From the NCBI GenBank assembly GCA_963829525.1, contig CAWHIJ010000003.1, forward strand, positions 2,848,001 through 2,912,000: a stretch of DNA of 64,000 bases. The letters are read 5' to 3'. Both the position numbers and the translations under genes were made by a program. Shown one piece after another: positions 1 to 9,370 of this stretch; within the stretch, counting starts at the first letter, position 1, and the number at the start of each line of letters is the position of its first letter. The DNA is from an uncultured Actinomycetota bacterium. GTDB taxonomy: Bacteria > Actinomycetota > Actinomycetes > JAHEKZ01. A model generated the notes under the pieces. That model worked only from the letters and a program-made list of their open reading frames with translations, had not been told where the DNA came from and ran no database searches.

Positions 1-2
1 CG

Positions 3-338
3 TGGATCGCCTGGAGCGGAGACGCGCACGGAACCGCGGTGGAGTTCTACCCGGTCGGCACCGAGATGTTCGCGCCCGACGATGACCAGCAGGCCCAGTT
101 CCAACACAATCGGGGCTCCACAGGCCACACGGCCACGCACGCCGCCATCTCGGTCGATCTCGACCTTGATCAGGTGTTGGCTGTCGCGGTCCGCGAGGGC
201 TGGCGCGCCCTGGTGCTACCTCGGGGCGGCTTCGACGTGATCGAGTTCTGGATCGACAACACCGTGATGGTCGAGCTGCTCACGCCGACCATGGCGGCTG
301 ACTACCTCGCCACCGCACCACGTCGCGCCGGGCACTGA
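3..338 (+). CDS. Glyoxalase/VOC-like hypothetical protein, 5'-truncated by the window edge
   Basis: Open frame from nt 3 (WIAWSGDAHGTAVEFYP...HAAISV...FDVIEFWIDN..MVELL); GC-rich third codon positions. Confidence 0.6.
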   Translation, partial: WIAWSGDAHGTAVEFYPVGTEMFAPDDDQQAQFQHNRGSTGHTATHAAISVDLDLDQVLAVAVREGWRALVLPRGGFDVIEFWIDNTVMVELLTPTMAADYLATAPRRAGH

Positions 339-442
339 CAACGTGTAGCCCCACTGGGGTCATAGCCCCAGCAAAGGCACACGATGTTTCAGAGGGTTGC
401 ACCCACAGACAGGTCGTGTTCCCCTGTGGCAGGCTCAGTGCT

Positions 443-1717
443 GTGACTCGACTCGTAGCAGGTGACTCGTTCGTGGCCGCTCGATGCGGCTGGCTCGTCG
501 ACGTCGTGAAGGGGGAAGTCCGTCCGGATGCCACGCTAGTCTTCGATGGCGAACGGGTGGCGGACGTCCTGGCCGGCGATGCCGCGGTGCCTGACGGCCC
601 AGTGCTCGATCTCTCCGGCTGTGTCGTCACCCCAGGGCTCATCGACCTCCACACCCACCTCACCGGTGAGGAAGAGACCGGCTCGTACGGCGACATCCTG
701 ATGGAGAGCGAGGCCGACGCTGCGCTCATCGGTGTGCACAATGCCCGCCGCACGATCGACGCCGGGTTCACCACCGTGCGTGACGTCGGGGCCTTCCGCG
801 CGTTCGCGGACGTGTCACTGCGTAAGGCGATCGACAACGGCTGGGTGACCGGCCCGCGCATGCACTGCGCCGGCGCCTACATCACCTGCACCGGCGGCGG
901 TGGCGAGGTCACCGGATTCTCGGCGGACGTCAGTCTTCCTGACGCTCTCCGCTTCGGCGTTGCCGACTCCGCCGACGAGGTTCGCCGAGCTGTTCGTCGA
1001 ATCATGGGGCATGGGGCCAACCTCATCAAGGTGATCGCCACCGGTGCCGTCCTTGCGCCCGGCACCAACCCCGGCGCCCCCGAGTTCACCGAAGATGAGA
1101 TCAAGGGCGCTGTCGACGAAGCGGGCAACTACGGCGCCTTCGTGGCTGCGCACGCGCATGGGGCCGAGGGCATCAAGCGCGCGACGCGCGCAGGCGTCCG
1201 TTCGATCGAGCACGGATCTTTCGCCGATGACGAGGCGCTGGCGTTGATGGCCGAGTACGACACCTACCTTGTGGCCGACGTCTGGGCCGGCGACTGGATG
1301 GAGGAAGAGGGGACCAAGAAGGAGTGGCCGGCCGAGACGATGCGCAAGATCGTCGACTCGACCGAGACGCAGCGGGACGCCTTCCGTCGCGCACTCGCAC
1401 ACGGAGTGCGTATCGGTTTCGGCACCGACTCAGGGATCTACCCGCACGGCATGAACATCCATCAGCTCGCCAAGCATGTTGAGCTCGGAATGAGCCCGGT
1501 CGCTGCACTGCGTTCGGCAACGCTGTGGGCCTCGGAGTGCCTGGGGAACGACGCGGTGGGCGTTCTGGCGCCCGGCCGGTACGCCGACCTTGTCGCCGTC
1601 GAGGTCGATGAGGGTGTTGACGCGCGATCGACGAACCCTGCCGAGGTGCTCGGTGACCTCTCACAGTTCGCCGGCCAAATGCGTCACGTCCTCAAGGGCG
1701 CGACGCTCGTCCGCTGA
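443..1717 (+). CDS. Metal-dependent amidohydrolase (prolidase-like/Xaa-Pro dipeptidase family)
   Basis: PGLIDLHTH metal motif, GFTTVRD, AHAHG, SIEHG, FGTDSG, GRYADLVAV; GTG at 443 preferred as start. Confidence 0.9.
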   Translation: MTRLVAGDSFVAARCGWLVDVVKGEVRPDATLVFDGERVADVLAGDAAVPDGPVLDLSGCVVTPGLIDLHTHLTGEEETGSYGDILMESEADAALIGVHNARRTIDAGFTTVRDVGAFRAFADVSLRKAIDNGWVTGPRMHCAGAYITCTGGGGEVTGFSADVSLPDALRFGVADSADEVRRAVRRIMGHGANLIKVIATGAVLAPGTNPGAPEFTEDEIKGAVDEAGNYGAFVAAHAHGAEGIKRATRAGVRSIEHGSFADDEALALMAEYDTYLVADVWAGDWMEEEGTKKEWPAETMRKIVDSTETQRDAFRRALAHGVRIGFGTDSGIYPHGMNIHQLAKHVELGMSPVAALRSATLWASECLGNDAVGVLAPGRYADLVAVEVDEGVDARSTNPAEVLGDLSQFAGQMRHVLKGATLVR

Positions 1718-1750
1718 ACAGCGGACAGCCCATACCGGCGGACTGGTACA

Positions 1751-1768
1751 GTTGAAGAGTTCTTCAAC
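1751..1768. promoter_or_regulatory. Palindromic operator upstream of arsR-sulP
   Basis: GTTGAAGA-GT-TCTTCAAC inverted repeat ~20 nt before the ArsR-family start codon. Confidence 0.65.
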
Positions 1769-1787
1769 TCTTCAGATCGGTGTACCC

Positions 1788-2126
1788 ATGCCCATCCCGC
1801 TGTATCGAGCCAAGGCCGACTTCTTCCGCGCGCTCGGGCACCCGGCCCGGATTCGCCTGCTGGAGCTGTTGTCCGATGGCGACAAACCCGTCCATGAGCT
1901 GAAGGCTGCCATCGAGATCGAGGCGTCCAGCCTGTCGCACCAGCTGGCCGTCCTCCGCCAGCACGGCCTGGTGCATCAGCGACGAGAAGCCGGCCAGGTG
2001 GTCTACTCACTGGCCCTTCCCGCCGTGCGCGACCTGCTGGTCGCCGCACGCGAGGTCTTGCAGACAAGGACCGCCGACCAAGGCGAGCTCGTCGATGAGA
2101 TCTCCCGCCACGCCGACGCCGGATGA
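1788..2126 (+). CDS. ArsR/SmtB-family transcriptional regulator
   Basis: KADFFRALGHPARIRLLELL...SSLSHQLAVLR...VVYSL helix-turn-helix; ATGA overlap with sulP. Confidence 0.9.
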   Translation: MPIPLYRAKADFFRALGHPARIRLLELLSDGDKPVHELKAAIEIEASSLSHQLAVLRQHGLVHQRREAGQVVYSLALPAVRDLLVAAREVLQTRTADQGELVDEISRHADAG

Positions 2127-3862
2127 GCCGAGAACCCAACGTAGCCGCCCTCTCAAGCGGCCAGTCCGTCGTAGGGCATGTGCTGCGAAGAGTGCGCAGT
2201 CTTGCTCCTCGCCGAGCGGACTATGCGCAAATGCGTCTCGCCCCGCGCAAGGATCTGATGGCTGGCGTCACGGTTGGCGTGGTGGCACTACCGCTTGCCC
2301 TCGGCTTCGGGATCACCTCGGGACTGGGGGCCGGCGCAGGACTCATCACCGCGATCATCGCCGGAACCCTGGCCGCCCTCTTCGGTGGCAGCAACGTCCA
2401 GGTCTCCGGACCGACCGGTGCCATGACGGTGGTCTTGGTGCCAATCGTTGCCGTGTACGGCACCAACGGCGTCTTGGTGGTCGGCCTCATGGCAGGCGTG
2501 CTGCTCATCGGCATGGCATTCGCCGGTGTCGGCCGCTACGTGCGGTTCATCCCGCTGCCGGTGATCGAGGGCTTCACTCTGGGCATCGCGGTGATCATCG
2601 GCCTGCAGCAGGTGCCAGCAGCTCTCGGGATGACCGCGGAAGGTCAGCACGTGGTGGCTGTCACGATCGGTGCTATAGCCGACTGGGTGGCAAGTCCTGA
2701 CTGGGCGGCCATCACCGTCACAATCGCCGTTACGACGCTGATTCTTGGTGTGATGCGGCTTCGCCCAGGGGTTCCGATTGCCCTGATCTCGGTGATCGCA
2801 GCGACAGCGGTTACTGCCCTTTTCGACCTTCCACTTGCCACGATCGGCGCTCTTCCGTCACACATTCCAGCTCCCGCACTCCCAGACCTCGCCTGGACCG
2901 ACATCCGGACCCTCGCTGTCCCCGCCCTGGCCGTTGCGGCTCTGGCCGCACTCGAGAGCCTGCTGTCAGCCACCGTCGCCGATGCCATGAGCGTGTCCGA
3001 CCGTCACGACCCAGACCGCGAGCTCTTCGGCCAGGGCATCGCCAACATCGCGGTCCCGCTGTTCGGAGGCATCCCGGCTACCGCTGCCATCGCGCGGACA
3101 GCGGTCAATGTTCGTAGCGGCGCTGCGTCTCGCTTGGCCGCGCTCGTCCACGCACTCGTGCTCCTACTCATAGTCCTTGCACTCGCGGACGCCGTGAGCA
3201 AGATTCCGCTGGCGGCATTGGCCGGAGTCCTCATCGCGACGGCGATCCGGATGGTCGAGGTGTCGAGCGTCCGGGTGCTGCTTCGCTCGTCGCGCAGCGA
3301 CACCGCCGTACTGGTCGTGACCTTCATGGCCACCGTTGCCCTCGACCTCGCCACCGCGGTGATCCTCGGCATCATCGCCGCTGGGGCTCTCGCCCTTCGT
3401 CAGATGGCCAAGACGGCCACACTGCACGAAGTCCCGCTGGAAACGCTCGGCAACGCGACGGAGGACCACCACAGCGAAGAGGAACGCTCGCTGCTCGACG
3501 CGCACGTCGTTGCCTACCGTTTCGAGGGGCCGCTCTTCTTCGGCGGCGCGCACATGGCGTTGCTCGAGCTCACCGAGGTCAGCGACATCCGGGTCGTCAT
3601 CTTGCGTCTGTCACACGTAACGACGCTCGACGCAACCGGCGCTGCAGTGCTCGCCGACACGATCCGCAGCCTCGAGCGTCGCGACGTTGCTGTGCTGATG
3701 TCGGGTCTGCCAACGCGCTTCGTCCCTGCCTTGGCAGCCAATGGGGTCTTTGCGCAGTTGGTCGACCGCGGTCATGTCTTCGACCACACGCCCGAGGCGA
3801 TCGCACATGCGCGGCGGCACGTGACGCGTGACCATCACCACGCTTCCGACAGCGCGAGCTGA
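2123..3862 (+). CDS. SulP/SLC26 anion (sulfate/bicarbonate) permease with C-terminal STAS domain
   Basis: DLMAGVTVGVVALPLALGFG, QVSGPTGAM, ELFGQGIANI, ARTAVNVRSGA; STAS motifs YRFEGPLFFG and LDATG. Confidence 0.93.
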   Translation: MSREPNVAALSSGQSVVGHVLRRVRSLAPRRADYAQMRLAPRKDLMAGVTVGVVALPLALGFGITSGLGAGAGLITAIIAGTLAALFGGSNVQVSGPTGAMTVVLVPIVAVYGTNGVLVVGLMAGVLLIGMAFAGVGRYVRFIPLPVIEGFTLGIAVIIGLQQVPAALGMTAEGQHVVAVTIGAIADWVASPDWAAITVTIAVTTLILGVMRLRPGVPIALISVIAATAVTALFDLPLATIGALPSHIPAPALPDLAWTDIRTLAVPALAVAALAALESLLSATVADAMSVSDRHDPDRELFGQGIANIAVPLFGGIPATAAIARTAVNVRSGAASRLAALVHALVLLLIVLALADAVSKIPLAALAGVLIATAIRMVEVSSVRVLLRSSRSDTAVLVVTFMATVALDLATAVILGIIAAGALALRQMAKTATLHEVPLETLGNATEDHHSEEERSLLDAHVVAYRFEGPLFFGGAHMALLELTEVSDIRVVILRLSHVTTLDATGAAVLADTIRSLERRDVAVLMSGLPTRFVPALAANGVFAQLVDRGHVFDHTPEAIAHARRHVTRDHHHASDSAS

Positions 3863-3881
3863 CCGAAAGGTGACTCGCCCG

Positions 3882-4569
3882 CTACTTGCGCGCAGTGTCG
3901 GCGAGGATGACGGTCAAGGCGCCGGCTGGCATGGGTGCTGACGCGGGCCACACCCGCCCCACGTCTGGGAAGTCCTTCGCGAGCCGCTCTGCGGCTTCAC
4001 GGTCACCTGGATAGAAGTACACGGTGTCGGTGGGGACACTGCCCACCCAGTTGTCGACCCCGACGACGTTCCAGCCAGCTGACTCGAACGCGTTCGCCGT
4101 CTCTGCCGCCAGGCCAGAGATCGACGTCTGGTTGAAGACGTACAACGGGATCTGCGGAACCGGTTGCGCGTTCTGCTGGTTGTTGTTGGTGGAGCCGCCC
4201 TTATCTCCACCTTCTGTTGTTCTGGTTGTTCTGGTTGTTCTGGTTGTTGTTCTTGTCGCCGTCCTTGGTGGGCTTACTCGACGCTGTATCGCTGGGCTTA
4301 CCCGACGCGGTATCGCTTGGCTTACCCGACGCGGTATCGCTGGGCTGCACAGAAGGCTGGGTGATGTTCGGCGTCGGGTTCGCCTGTTCCTCGGGGTCGC
4401 CTGAGGTCAGCAGCATCCAGGCCGCGAGCCCGATCGCACCCATGACCACCAGGACGCTGAGGACGGGCAACAACAGCGGTGACGCTGGGGCCGCTTCCGG
4501 CGCACCTCCCACAGGGGCAGCGCGGTGCGAGCCTCCTGGTCGAGGCGGCGGTGACCCGGGCGTCGACAT
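3882..4569 (-). CDS. Membrane-anchored LytR C-terminal domain protein; one frameshift near 4215
   Basis: TM helix and low-complexity linker (ORF 4201..4569) join the LytR_C domain YVFNQTSISGLAA...TVYFYPG...LTVIL (ORF 3882..4145) if one base is removed. Confidence 0.75.
4212..4345 (-). repeat. Coding tandem repeats in the LytR_C linker: 24-bp units (PSDTASGK x3) and 9-bp units (NNQ)
   Basis: gcttacccgacgcggtatcgct repeated; ttgttctgg repeated. Confidence 0.85.
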
Positions 4570-4578
4570 GCCCCTAGC

Positions 4579-4872
4579 TCAGACGGAGGCGCCGAGTCGC
4601 CGCGCGGACCGTGCCCGCTGGCGAGCGGCGCGGAGCCGTCGGAGCCGTTTGATCAGCATCGGGTCGAAGGTGAGTGCCTCCGGATTGTCGATCAGCGCGT
4701 TCAGCACCTGGTAGTACCGGGTGGCCGACATGTCGAAGAGCTCGCGGACGGCCTGCTCCTTGGCGCCGGCGTACTTCCACCACTGCCGCTCGAAAGCGAG
4801 GATCTCCTGCTCCCGCTCGGTGAGCGTCGCGGCGCCGGCCGTCATGCCGGAGTTCACGGGAGCGGTTTCCAT
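4579..4872 (-). CDS. DUF3263-family protein
   Basis: LTEREQEILAFERQWWKYAGAKEQAVRELFDMSATRYYQVLNALID; AAGGAG RBS before ATG 4872. Confidence 0.9.
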   Translation of the reverse strand: METAPVNSGMTAGAATLTEREQEILAFERQWWKYAGAKEQAVRELFDMSATRYYQVLNALIDNPEALTFDPMLIKRLRRLRAARQRARSARRLGASV

Positions 4873-5086
4873 CAGCTTTTCTCTCCTTGCCTCGACGCCA
4901 TCTCTTCGGTGCTCGTACGCGCCCACCGCCGACCCGGCCTGGGGTGGAGCTGCCGGGGCCCCGATGGGGGTGCTGTGGCGGCCCAGGCTTCCCCTCCCGG
5001 GCCGCTGGCCCATCGTATGCCCCAAATCCCAACGATGTCATTCACCCTGCAACGTTCGTCTGGCGCGGCCACATTAGGGTTCGGCC

Positions 5087-5422
5087 ATGTCTTGCTACGT
5101 GGTGTCAGCCGCTACCCAGGAACTCACGCTCGATCCGCTCGATCCGAGCCAAGTCGTCAGCGGAAACCCGCAGGTCAGCAGCTATGAACTCCTCGATACC
5201 GAGTCCGTGGCCGTCGGCATCTGGCAGCACACCGCCGGGGTCTCCACCGACGTCGAGGTGGACGAGATCTTCGTCGTCCTGGCCGGACGCGCCACGATCG
5301 AGGTGTCCGGGGGCCCCACGCTTGAGGTCGGCCCTGGCGACGTCGGCGTCCTTGAGGCGGGGGCCGAGACCACCTGGACCATCCACGAGGACCTCCGGAA
5401 GATCTACGTCATCCGCGGATGA
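5087..5422 (+). CDS. Cupin (DUF861/EutQ-like) protein
   Basis: GIWQHTAG...DEIFVVLAGRATI...GPGDVGVL..G..TTWTIHEDLRKIY. Confidence 0.85.
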   Translation: MSCYVVSAATQELTLDPLDPSQVVSGNPQVSSYELLDTESVAVGIWQHTAGVSTDVEVDEIFVVLAGRATIEVSGGPTLEVGPGDVGVLEAGAETTWTIHEDLRKIYVIRG

Positions 5423-5432
5423 CCGCCGCCAC

Positions 5433-6788
5433 CTATCCGGCCATCGTGTCGAGGATCAGGGCAACGTCGGCTTCGGTCGTGCGCGGATTGACGACAGCGA
5501 AGCGCGTCACGGTCTCGCCGTAATGCGTCGTCGGCAAGACGAACGCGAAGTTCGCTGCCAGCAAGCGGTCCGACCACGCGTAGTAGTCCTGCTTGCTCCA
5601 GCCGAGCCGCCGGAACACCACCACTGACAGATTCGGCTCGCGCACCAGCTCAAGGTAGGGCCGCTGCCGCACGCCGTCCGCCGCCGATCGAGCCACCGTC
5701 AACGTGCGCTCAACCGCATCGGTGTAGGCCTGTGTTCCATGCGTGGCGAGGCTGAACCACAGCGGAAGACCCCGGGGTCGGCGCGACAGGTGCACCGCGT
5801 AGTCGCTGGGGTTGAACTCGGTGTCGTCGTTGATCGCCTCGAGGTAACCCGCCGTCTGGGTGTGAGCTGCCTTGCCGAGAGCGGGCTCGCGGTAGAGCAG
5901 CGCACAGGCGTCAAACGGTGCAAAGAGCCACTTGTGCGGGTCGACGATCAGTGAGTCGACGCCTTCGATGCCGTCGAAGATCGAACGCGCACTCGGAGCA
6001 CACAACGCCGCGAGCCCATAGGCGCCATCGACATGCACCCAAAGGCCGCGCTCGCGACCGACCTCCACTGCGCCCTTGATGTCATCGACGACGCCGTAGT
6101 TCGTCGTGCCGCCGGTTGCCACCACCGCGAACAGGTTGTCTTCACCGTGCTCGTCCAGAGTCGCTCGCAGGGCATCGCCGGTCATGCGGCCGTTCTCATC
6201 GACGGGCACGACCACGATGTCGACGTCCATGACACGAGCGGCGTGCTGCATCGATGAGTGCGCCTCGACGCTGCAGGCGAACGCCCAACGTGACGGCCGC
6301 TCTCCTTCGCGACGCGTCGCAGCGGTGTGCCTGGCTGCCACCAACGCTGACAGGTTTCCGTTCGTTCCACCTTGCACGAAGCAGCCGCCCGCCTCTGCTG
6401 GAAGACCGGCCAGATCGGCGATCCACCGAAGTGCCTGATTCTCGGCATACACCGCGCCAGCACCTTCCAGCCACGAGCCGCCGTAGATCGACGAGGCACC
6501 GACAACCAAGTCGAAGAGCGTCGACGCCTCGGTGGGTGCCGCAGGGATGAACGAGAGGTAGCGCGGGTTGTCGACCGAGAGACACGCTGGGGCCAGGACC
6601 TCGGTGAAGACTCGCAGTGCCTCGTCGCCGCCCAGACCCTTCGGCGTGATCGTCTGACCGGCGGCGTCGCGCAGGAAGGCCGGCGACTTGGCGCCGTCCA
6701 ACGGCACCGGATCCAGCCGGAGTCGGTGTCGGGCGTAGTCGATGGCCTGCTGGAGGAGCCGCTCGGTGTCGGCATCAAACGTGTGCAC
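5433..6788 (-). CDS. PLP-dependent group II amino-acid decarboxylase
   Basis: GGTNGN, AHSS, HVDGAYG, VDPHKW (PLP lysine); leaderless GTG 6788 after TACAGT. Confidence 0.9.
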   Translation of the reverse strand: MHTFDADTERLLQQAIDYARHRLRLDPVPLDGAKSPAFLRDAAGQTITPKGLGGDEALRVFTEVLAPACLSVDNPRYLSFIPAAPTEASTLFDLVVGASSIYGGSWLEGAGAVYAENQALRWIADLAGLPAEAGGCFVQGGTNGNLSALVAARHTAATRREGERPSRWAFACSVEAHSSMQHAARVMDVDIVVVPVDENGRMTGDALRATLDEHGEDNLFAVVATGGTTNYGVVDDIKGAVEVGRERGLWVHVDGAYGLAALCAPSARSIFDGIEGVDSLIVDPHKWLFAPFDACALLYREPALGKAAHTQTAGYLEAINDDTEFNPSDYAVHLSRRPRGLPLWFSLATHGTQAYTDAVERTLTVARSAADGVRQRPYLELVREPNLSVVVFRRLGWSKQDYYAWSDRLLAANFAFVLPTTHYGETVTRFAVVNPRTTEADVALILDTMAG

Positions 6789-6877
6789 CGGTGCACTGTA
6801 CGGCCGCGGCAGCGCGTTCAGCAGCGGCAGCAGCGTCCGAGGGCGACAAGCGGCGTCCTGTGGGCTAACGTTGCTCA

Positions 6878-6897
6878 AACCTACGGAACCGTAAGTT
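6878..6897. promoter_or_regulatory. Palindromic operator upstream of the acyl-ACP desaturase
   Basis: AACCTACGG-AA-CCGTAAGTT inverted repeat just before the GAGGAGG RBS. Confidence 0.7.
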
Positions 6898-6913
6898 ACG
6901 CGAGGAGGCCCAC

Positions 6914-7855
6914 GTGCCCGCCTACACCGAAGACCAGCTCGCCGTCCGGCTGCTCGCTGATCTCGAGCCAGTCGTCACCGGTGAGATCAACCGTCACATC
7001 ACGATGGCCCGAGACTGGTATCCCCACGAGTACGTCCCGTGGAGCGAGGGCCGCAACTTCGGCGGTGTCCTCGATGGCCAGGCATGGGAGCCCACCGAGC
7101 AACGGTTCAGCGACGCGGCGCGCGCCGCTCTCATCGTCAACCTGCTGACCGAGGACAACCTGCCCAGCTACCACTTCGAGATCGCCAACCAGTTCACCCG
7201 CGAGGGCGCCTGGGGCGAGTGGGTGCATCGTTGGACGGCCGAGGAGGGCCGCCATGCACAGGTGATCCGCGACTACCTCACGGTGACGCGCTCGGTCGAC
7301 CCCAACGAGCTCGAGGACCTCCGCATGGCCCACATGCAGACGGGGTTCACTGCGCTGCACCCGGGCATGCTCGGCGGTCTCGCGTACGTGTCATTCCAGG
7401 AGCTGGCGACCCGGGTGTCGCACCGCAACACCGGCAAGGCGACCGGCGACCCGGTGGCCGAGCAGATGTTCGCGCGCATCGCCCTCGACGAGAACCTGCA
7501 CATGATCTTCTATCGCAACATGCTCGGCGCGGCGTTCGAGCTGGCGCCAGACGAGGTGATGGGTGCCGTGCGCGATGTCGTCCTCGACTTCAAGATGCCA
7601 GGTCACGACATCCCAGGGTTTCAGCGCAAGGCCGTGCAGATCGCCGTCGAGGGGATATACGACCTGCGCCAGCACAGGGACGAGGTGCTCATGCCGGTGC
7701 TGCGTCACTGGAAGGTCTTCGAGCGCACCGACCTCGGGCCAGAGGGCGAGAAGGCGCGTCAGCAAGTTGCGGAGTTCCTCGACGATCTGGAGGTCACCGC
7801 GTCCCGGTTCGAGGAGAAGCGGGACGCCCTCAAGGCCCGCCTCGCCGCCCGCTGA
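6914..7855 (+). CDS. desA: Acyl-ACP desaturase (DesA1-like di-iron enzyme)
   Basis: LTEDNLPSYH, WTAEEGRH, QELATRVSH, DENLH di-iron motifs. Confidence 0.93.
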   Translation: MPAYTEDQLAVRLLADLEPVVTGEINRHITMARDWYPHEYVPWSEGRNFGGVLDGQAWEPTEQRFSDAARAALIVNLLTEDNLPSYHFEIANQFTREGAWGEWVHRWTAEEGRHAQVIRDYLTVTRSVDPNELEDLRMAHMQTGFTALHPGMLGGLAYVSFQELATRVSHRNTGKATGDPVAEQMFARIALDENLHMIFYRNMLGAAFELAPDEVMGAVRDVVLDFKMPGHDIPGFQRKAVQIAVEGIYDLRQHRDEVLMPVLRHWKVFERTDLGPEGEKARQQVAEFLDDLEVTASRFEEKRDALKARLAAR

Positions 7856-8038
7856 CTCCCGCCACGACCTCTGCTCGTGATGTTGGCGGCAGTGACGCCA
7901 ACCGTCACTCAACCACCGCACCGCGGGGCAGTCCGGCAACAGGTGATGCGTCCGGCCCCCGATGGTGCTCACTGCTAGCGTTGCACCATCGGCGGGTGGT
8001 GTGACCCCAGCCGGAACCCACGTGACACAGGAGCTTCG

Positions 8039-9337
8039 TTGAGACGACCGTCGATTGACGCCGAGATCGCAGCAAAGATCGATGCGACGGTAAGCAATCC
8101 CGTTCTTGTCCTGGGTGACCCAGCGCAAAGCGGACAACTCGACCTTCTCGCTAACCCCGAAGAGTACGACATCATCGCCAAATGGTTGGCCGGCTCCGGC
8201 TTCCTGCGGTGGCGGCAATCTTGGGCGAAGTTCGACGAAGACGGCGTGAGCGGAGTCTCGCTGTCCGCGACCAAGCGCTGGCTATCGGCAGGCGGCGATC
8301 TGTCCGTCCTGTTCGAAGACAGCGAGGCGATCCCAGGCTTGTCCAACCTGGTCCGTCCTGGACCCGCCACGGTTCTGCTGATCGGCGCCCGCGACATGAT
8401 CGGCCGGAGGGGCCTGGTGAGTCAGGAGCTACGCCACCAGGTCAGCGAAGCGCTCGATCGTGACCCCGAAGCTTGGGCCCTCGCGGAGCGGCGGGCGCCT
8501 GCGATCGGCATGGTCGGTGCCCTGCGCCTGCTGCGACGAGCTTGCGGGGTCGGGCAGCCGCTGCCACCGTCGGCGAGAGTCGCCGGGCTGGCTGGCGCAT
8601 TGCTGCACGGGGGGCCCGTGCGTGCCAAGGCAGAGGTCTTCGCGGAGGCCTTTCCCCGGCGATGGCGACCTGCTGTCGTCTCATTTTCGGGGCTGGACGG
8701 CTCGGGAAAGAGCACGCAGGTGACGCAGCTGCAGGACACTCTCGCCCTGCTGGGGGCTTCTGCCGAACTGCAATGGGCCGGCTTCAAGACCGGGTCCTCG
8801 ATCCGGTCCGCCCTCCCCGTTCTCGATCGGTCACTGCGAACAGGCGCCCGGGGCGCACAGCCTGCGACGACACCTCCGCGAGAGCGTGACCCGCTGGTGC
8901 CGGCTGCGTGCCTCGGCCACCCACTGGGCGAGCAGCTGTGGACCTTCACCGTCGTCGCCGTCAATGCGATCAACCTGTGGCGGCACGTGCTCAAGCCCCG
9001 ACGCGGCGCCGAGGTGCTCATCTTCGACCGATTCAGTCCTGATTCCTCGTTGAAGCTCGACTTCCACTACGGGTGCAACCGGCACATCGATATTCGCCGG
9101 CAGCGTGCCCTCTTCACCTTCCTGAGCCCCAAGCCAGATGTGGGATTCCTGGTCGCGGTGCCCGCCGTGGTAGCTCACCAACGTCGTCAGGAACAGACAC
9201 TGGATGAGCTCACGGTGATGGCGCGGCTTTACGACGACCAGGAGTCTCGGTTCGGGCTGGTTCGCCTCGACGGAACCGAACCGGCCGATCAGCTCGGTCG
9301 GTTCGTGGTCAAGGCGGCCTGGGAAGGTATGCGCTGA
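8039..9337 (+). CDS. Two-domain protein: degenerate nucleotidyltransferase-like N-terminus plus thymidylate-kinase-like P-loop domain
   Basis: GLDGSGKST Walker A, LIFDRF, PKPDVGFLV; N-terminal LDLL motif; AGGAG RBS. Confidence 0.7.
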   Translation: MRRPSIDAEIAAKIDATVSNPVLVLGDPAQSGQLDLLANPEEYDIIAKWLAGSGFLRWRQSWAKFDEDGVSGVSLSATKRWLSAGGDLSVLFEDSEAIPGLSNLVRPGPATVLLIGARDMIGRRGLVSQELRHQVSEALDRDPEAWALAERRAPAIGMVGALRLLRRACGVGQPLPPSARVAGLAGALLHGGPVRAKAEVFAEAFPRRWRPAVVSFSGLDGSGKSTQVTQLQDTLALLGASAELQWAGFKTGSSIRSALPVLDRSLRTGARGAQPATTPPRERDPLVPAACLGHPLGEQLWTFTVVAVNAINLWRHVLKPRRGAEVLIFDRFSPDSSLKLDFHYGCNRHIDIRRQRALFTFLSPKPDVGFLVAVPAVVAHQRRQEQTLDELTVMARLYDDQESRFGLVRLDGTEPADQLGRFVVKAAWEGMR

Positions 9338-9370
9338 CTTCTGCGGCATCGGCAACCTCCGCGTGAGGCG

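Noticed and set aside
4164-4364. Cys-rich ORF (CCSGCSGCSGCCSC) as a RiPP or metallothionein precursor
   Set aside because: It is the antisense reading of the NNQ/PSDTASGK repeats of the LytR_C gene, and no maturation enzymes are nearby.
4873-5086. Riboswitch or ncRNA in the long GC-rich leader of the DUF3263 gene
   Set aside because: I could not recognise any conserved riboswitch motif, and GC-rich pairing is expected by chance.
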